A stretch of DNA of 64,000 bases, from NCBI RefSeq assembly GCF_006345805.1, contig NC_043000.1, positions 119,350,001 to 119,414,000 on the forward strand. Reading direction: 5' to 3'. The position numbers were made by a program, and so were the translations under genes. This DNA is from Octopus sinensis (taxonomy: Eukaryota). Below are positions 51,501 to 58,700 of the stretch, piece after piece (the stretch's first letter is position 1; the number at the start of each line of letters is the position of its first letter). Below the pieces are notes generated by a model. The model was not told the DNA's origin, did not search any database, and was given only the letters and a program-made list of their open reading frames with translations.

Positions 51501-54500
51501 CATCAAAAGCAAAACCCAGCAGTATCTCTTCTGACCTTTGACATTCTGACATGAATGGATGTGACAACATTGGTGCTAAGTTGTATCAGCTGTCTTTCCC
51601 TGAAGCCAAGGATCCCCAACACTAGGCCACAGACCAGTACTGGGCCATAGATCATTTCATGCCACGTAAAAAGCACCCAGGACACTTTGTTAAGTGGTTG
51701 GCATTAGGAAGGACATCCATCTGTAGAAACTTTGCCAAAGCAGACAATAGGGCCAAGTGCAGTTCTCTGGGTTGCCAGTTCCTGTCAAACTGTTCAACCT
51801 ATGCCAGTATGGATACATTAAATGGTAATGATGATATGTTGTTGTTGGCGTCCTTTTCTCTCAGGAGACAATGGAGTTGCACATAAACTAATCCAGTCTG
51901 GTTTTTACATTTCATGTCCTCTCCAGTTTTGCACAGGCCTGGGCTAGATGTACGAAAATCCTGGGTAGCCCAATCATCAGGATTCCTCTCTCGACCTTGC
52001 TGACGTAGTCCAAAGGAGTGCAGAGCATTACGTTTGGCACCAGCTTGGTTGCAGGAGCTGCCGGAAAAGTGTCGACTCGAACACTAAACCACCTACAGGG
52101 CTCCACTCTGGATATCTTTGATAGTTGTCTCCATTCCGTAATCCTGAATAGGGGGCCATACCTGGTACTGTCAGCCGGAGCCAGCTGAGCCCAGTACTCG
52201 TGTCAGGCAGGGTCGTCACTTCCTGAAGTAGGGAAGAAAATCGCTACCCGCTACCTGTGATATGATGATATGAAATATGTATATATCAGGTCATTAAGAA
52301 TGAAATGGACAGATTTTCTTATGAACCAAGTCTGACAGTCATTAACTTCAATGTTTTATCCTGACAATTCTTTGTTTTACAACAGTGAAGCGTTACATCA
52401 TCACTTTTCGAAATGCAATTCATAGTGTCTGATTATATTGTCTTCTCTTGTAAATCAATTTTATGAACCCATGGATAGATAAAAAATTTGTGTTGCTTAT
52501 GAATATGAGTTCCATTGTGGAAACAATGCATCCCAGACAGCTCAAAACATCAATGAGGTGTTTGGTGAAGATGTGGCGAATGAGCACACTGTACATCGAT
52601 GGTTTGAGAAGTTCTGGTCTGGTGAGTTTATTCTTGAAAATCAGCCCCGTGGTAGCCCTGAGACCAAGGTGGATAATGATGAGCTGGAAACTGTAGTGGA
52701 AGCGGATACATTTCAAACTACGCGTGAGTTAACAGCAAGGTTTGATGCTTTGATTCCAACTGAATTGGACCATCTGAACCAAATTGGCAAGGTAAAGAAG
52801 CTGGACAAGTGGGTACCACATGAACTGAACAAGCATCAAATGACATGTCATCTTGAAACTTGCTGTTCTTTGCTGTCACGGCATAAAAGCGAACCATTTT
52901 TGCATCATATTGTTACGTGTGATGAAAAATGGATTGTTTTCAACAAAAGCAAGCATTCTGATGGGTGGTTGGATAGAAACGAACAGCTAAAACACAATCC
53001 AAAAAAGAATATTCACCAAAAAAAGCTAATGGTGTCTCTTTTGGTGATCCAGTGCTTGTGTCATCCACTCCAGCTTTATTAGACCTGGTAAGTCAATTAC
53101 ATCAACTAATTGGATGAAAAGAGGAGTGAACTTGCAATTAAACAACCGAGATTAGTCAATAGAGACAGGCCAATTCTGGCCCAGGAATTGAAACACTGAA
53201 CTTACAATCACCTTGCCACCCAGCTATATACCTTCACACATACATTCACTACGTAATCCCTATCAAATCCTATCTTAGTGACAAACACTACGGTTTAAGT
53301 AGTGCACAAGTGCTACTTATCAAAACTATAAAATAATACAGTAATCTCACGCCCTATCACGGTGCACTAATTAACCCTTTCGTTACTATATTTCTGACCA
53401 AAATACACCCCTTATGTGTTTCAATTAATTTCTAACGTAATCATAAATTTAGTCTGGTTTCATTAAACAACTATAACTTTTTTATTTATCAATATATTAA
53501 TCTGATTTTTGGAAGATAATTTAATGAAATATTCTCAACCAATTCTATACTATAATTTTTGTCACAAAGTGACTAATTGCAGATAGATACAGGTAAATTC
53601 AACAAAATATAAAATTATTAAAATTTTGTTCAAACATCGATATAGAAAATGGGTTATTAGCTAATATTCAATTGGGTATACAAGAAAATTTTACGATAGA
53701 ATTTGTTATTCTGGGTAACTTTCTGATACCCATAATAATATTTATGGCAAAATAGTCTTAATTTCATTTAAGGTTGTGGGAAACCACAAACTATCCTTTC
53801 TTTCGCTTTGTTTACATTCAGCGTAACGGTTCGTTTCCGCCGTAATGATTTCAAATAGGCTCATTCGAAAAAGTAAAAAGAAATAGTCTAAGGCTTTATT
53901 CTCCTGGGAAAGTCTGTGGCTTGGTCCAGTTTCTTCAAAAAAATCACCGAAAGAAACAGTTTTAAAATTTTCACTCCATTCGGGTGCCAATTCATTTTCT
54001 TTATTGCTGTCGGAGCTCTCGGATTCACTGTTTTCACTTTCAGAAAATGAAACATCAGATTCATTATCAAATACCACATGCTTTTTTTTTCAGTCATAGA
54101 GTTAGATTTATGAAGGTCTTCAGTAGAAAATCCTTCGAATTCTGACTCGCTGCTTGATATAATGAAATTCGTATCCATTTTTTGTCAGAATTACAAATTT
54201 TGAAAACACAATAGGAACAAATTTCAGAAAAAAATCTCCCAAAATTCACAGAATTAAAATTACACTTTGATTGTTGTACAAAACTGTAGTTGAACTGTTT
54301 ACGAAGTATAATATGTGTTTTCACGAATGTACTAAAGAGATTTACTGTGATATTCTCATTTAAATATGAATAGGTAAATAAGGGCGGGTTTGGTCACATT
54401 AAAATTTTTTTCGGGCGGCTTTGGGCGGTTTGGTAACGAAAGGGTTAAGCTTATGTCAATTCCTCCGTGGTGTTCTTTTGCATTTATAATAAAATAAATA

Positions 54501-55315
54501 TAAGTAAATTATAAAAATAACTTTGTAAAAAAATATACAAGCATAGGAGTGACTGTGTGGTAAGTAACTTGCTTACCAACCACATGGATCTGGGTTCAGT
54601 CCCACTGCATGGCACCTTGGGCAAGTGTCTTCTACTATAGCCTCAGGCCGACCAAAGCATTGTGAGTGAATTTGGTAGACGGAAAATGAAAGAAGCCCGT
54701 CGTATATATGTATGTGTGTGTTTGTCCCCTCCAAATACTATGCCTACACAGACTCATTGCAGGGACATAAACTAACATTGGTTGTCAAGTAGTGGGAATG
54801 GGTGACAATCATCTACCAAAATTCACTCACAAGGCACTGGGTTAGCCCTAGGCTAAAGCAGAAGACATTTGCTCAAGGTACCATGCAGTAGAACTGAACT
54901 TGGAACCAGGTGGTTGCAAAGAGAGCCTCTTAACCCTCACATCCATACCAGCAGCTACAAAAGCAAGAATATTCATATTCAATGACAAATATACCAGGCA
55001 TCGGTTGCCAAAAGGAAAAAAATAGAAACTGTCACACACATTTGTTTTATTGTCATATGTAGAACTTGTGATATTTTAATGTTTGTAAAACATACAAAAG
55101 CACGAAGGAGGCCATTGTGTTCACCAATTTCATACCAACCTGACTGAATCAGTCACTGGTTCTATAATACAAATTTGTTTTTTAGCTAAAACCTCCCATC
55201 ATTTGTTACTGTATTTAATGGCATAAAAAATGCACTTTAAAAGAAAATTCAAGTGAATCTAGTTGATGGAAACTGTAGAAACCTATCATGTGCGTGCACA
55301 TGTCTGTATCATCAT

Positions 55316-55364
<49 letters not shown>

Positions 55365-55689
55365 CGTGACTGACCAGGCTATCAGATGCTGCTACACATC
55401 GCTGGTCACAATGCACTTCGCATTGTTTTAGCCTTCAAATGACGCCACCCCGCTGGCTAAGCGAGCAGGCCAACAGAAGAAAGAGTGGGAGAAAGTTGTG
55501 GCGAAAGAGTACAGCAGCGATCGCCACCTTCCCCTGCCGGAGCCTCATGGAGCTTTAGGTGTTTTTGCTCAATAAACACTCACAGCGCCCAGTCTGGGAA
55601 TCGAAACTGCGATCCTACAACCGTGAGTCCGCTGCCCTTACCACTGGGCCATTGCACCTCCACTTTATATATATAAAAAATGATGATAT

Positions 55690-55723
<34 letters not shown>

Positions 55724-58700
55724 CACATATATATATATACACACATATATATATATACACACACATATATATATATACACACATATATATATACACACAC
55801 ATATATATATACACACATATATATACACACATATATTATATATTTTTACTTGTTAGATTTTTACGTATTTTTTTAATATTAAAGAAAATCTTTCTTCAAA
55901 TAGTCTTTGCAACAACTATAAATGTATGTGTGAGGAGTTTGTAACCAAAAAATCCCAGATTTGATTCCAATGCACAATGCCTTGAGAGTTTGAATTCTCT
56001 AACAGCTTGGTTGACTAAGGCGTGTGGGTGGAATTAGGCAATCAGAAACTGCATAAGCCCTTGATATAAGCGCATGAACATGTGTGTGTGTGTGTGTCTG
56101 CACAATCGTTTGATGAATACATAGCAGATTGAATGAAAAAGCCACTAGGGTTAATATGATACTTGACACTAAAACGTTTGAAGGCAGCACTAACAGCAGA
56201 ACTGCAATCCAATGACTGAAACTAGTGAAAAAATACACATACATACACACACACACCTCAAATCTCTCGCCCCTTATCCTCTTATCTATATAGTTCATCT
56301 TCCATCCAAGCTGTACTACACATACTCAAACTTTGCTCTAAAAGGTAGAGTCTGCAAGGGCTTTAATTACTCGGGTCAAAGTCTCCATCCTCCAATGCTC
56401 ACAAATCACCTTGGTTCTCACTATTATTCCATACCAATGCTACAAGATCAGGAACCAAAGAACTTCACAATACTCAATTTTTGCACAACAATTTCATCTT
56501 CTATACTGACCAACTCTCAAGCACTCCAAATAACCTTGATCTCATTCTCACCTGCAAAGCCAGCCTCTACTAAACAATTACAGCCGGGATATTTTGGTTA
56601 CAAACACCTCTACTAAACGATCACAGACGGGATATTTTGGTTACAAACTCGTCTACTAAACAATCACAGCCGGGATATTTTGGTTACAAACACCTCTAAA
56701 CAATCACAGACGGGATATTTTGGTTACAAACTCCTCTGCTAAACAATCACAGCCGGGATATTTTGGTTACAAACACCTCAGCTAAACAATCACAGCCGCA
56801 ATATTTCTTACAAACTCCTCTACTAAACAATCACGGCCGCGATATTTCTTACAAACACCTCTACTAAACAATCACGGTCGCAATATTTCTTACAAACTCC
56901 TCTACTAAACAATCACAGCCGCAATATTTCTTACAAACTCCTCTACTAAACAATCACAGCCGCAATATTTCTTACAAACACCTCTACTAAACAATCACAG
57001 CCGCGATATTTTGGTTACAAACTCCGCAACCAGATGCTTTGTGTGACTGTGCGCGTACGCACACACACACACCGAGCCAGATCACAACATCCATCCAAAA
57101 ACGCCGCCAAAATAATATCGAAGTTAAAAGTAGAGATATTCCCCGGTTACGAAATTAACTTAATTTTTCAAAAGAAGACGAACAGCAATGATAATATGCA
57201 ATTATTCAAGAACTTCGAACTGCTTCACGTGGTCTCAACTTCAAAAAAGCCCGCGAAAGAAATGGATTACAGAAATTCTGGGTTCGCTAAATTCTAAGGC
57301 TAATGTTGCATTTAGGCGGGATTGGAAGGTTTTAACAACCCCACCTAACAGAGCTGAGCAGTAGGGGTTGGTAGTCTTCTGCCATAACCAGGCACTACTT
57401 GAGAACAGTGGTCCCGGTGCGCGCACTCGCGTAGTCGTGCATCCGCGCTAGCTAGTCGTGACGAGTCGATCCTACAACGACTACCTAGCAAAGTAAATAA
57501 TTTTTGTTAAACAAAGTAAATAAAAAACACAAGGTAAGGATCAAGTATTCATGACTAGCTAGCGCGGATGCGCGACTACGCGAGTGCGCGCACCGAGACC
57601 ACTGTTCTCAAGTAGTACCCAGAGGTGAGCAGTAAGGGGTTGGTAGTCCTCTGCATAACCCTACTTTCCATCATCGAAGCTAGATCAAACTTCAATTTAA
57701 TACATTTCCAATAAATTCTTTCAATGAATGCTATTTTAATTACGTAGGCATTAACATTCCGTTTTGTCTTTTCAGAAGAGTCTAGATTAATATACAATCA
57801 TCTTAGATCACAAACGATAATTCTCCCAGATCTTAAAATCCCGCGTGCTTCAAACAACAAAAAAATATATGGGAAGCGAAACGAAAATTGCAACTGTTGT
57901 GCAGCAAGTGATTGTTTGATTATGAGGGAACATAACACATGTTTTTGTGCACGTTACCCGCGCCAGATTTGTAGCAGTTGGGTCTAGATAACATCCATGA
58001 AGTTCGAATAAGTATTAAATTTTATACGGAACCAAGAGGTCCCAGATTTGATTCCAACACACACCAACTTGAGGATCTTTGAGTTGGTTCAATCAACTCC
58101 GTTGTCTTCATTCACAATTTTAGAAATAGATAGGCGACTGTACAAAAGTTTAGCACGATTTCAAAATTAGCTGTTGAGTCCAGCAACCACGTGCTAAATC
58201 TTGTTGATACAGATTATGTAATTTAATAGGGGAAAATTAGAGGGGTGGCTGAGTAACCCAAAAGTTTTTTTTCATTCTCTATGTATTAAACACTCATGCA
58301 CGATTTGCTCGGCAGCAGTTGCTGATGATTACAACAAGAGTATAGGATAACAAGTACAGAAACAGTTATATGTACAATTATCTTAAATATCCGGTTGCCA
58401 AAGGGGGATTTTGAACGACAGCTATTGCAAGTTAAAACGAAAACAATCACCTACAAAAGTTATGAACACAGGTAAACTTTTCTAGGTAAACCCGTCTACT
58501 GTCAGGGCGATAGTATGCAAGGGTTAACACACACAAAGAAATGCAAACGTACATTATTAGTACTTAATAATAATTTCTGAAGCTCACATCCAGGTTCAAA
58601 TTATTGAACGAATTATGTCACGAAATAGTGCATTTATGGATTTAAATCTAATTTTTATACCTGAGAAAAAAAATATGTAGGCGGTAGCACGTGGTTTGAT

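Noticed and set aside
51850-52250. GC-richer segment with short ORFs, possibly an old LINE 3' end with (CAA)n tail
   Set aside because: No recognisable motif in any frame; left unannotated
55559-55876. YIYI/HTHT-rich ORFs
   Set aside because: Microsatellite translations
57391-57420. RAG/Transib-like transposon end (CACTAC..., ACAGTG)
   Set aside because: The CAC terminus is imperfect on the right arm, there is no matching 5-bp TSD, no nonamer and no transposase; too little evidence
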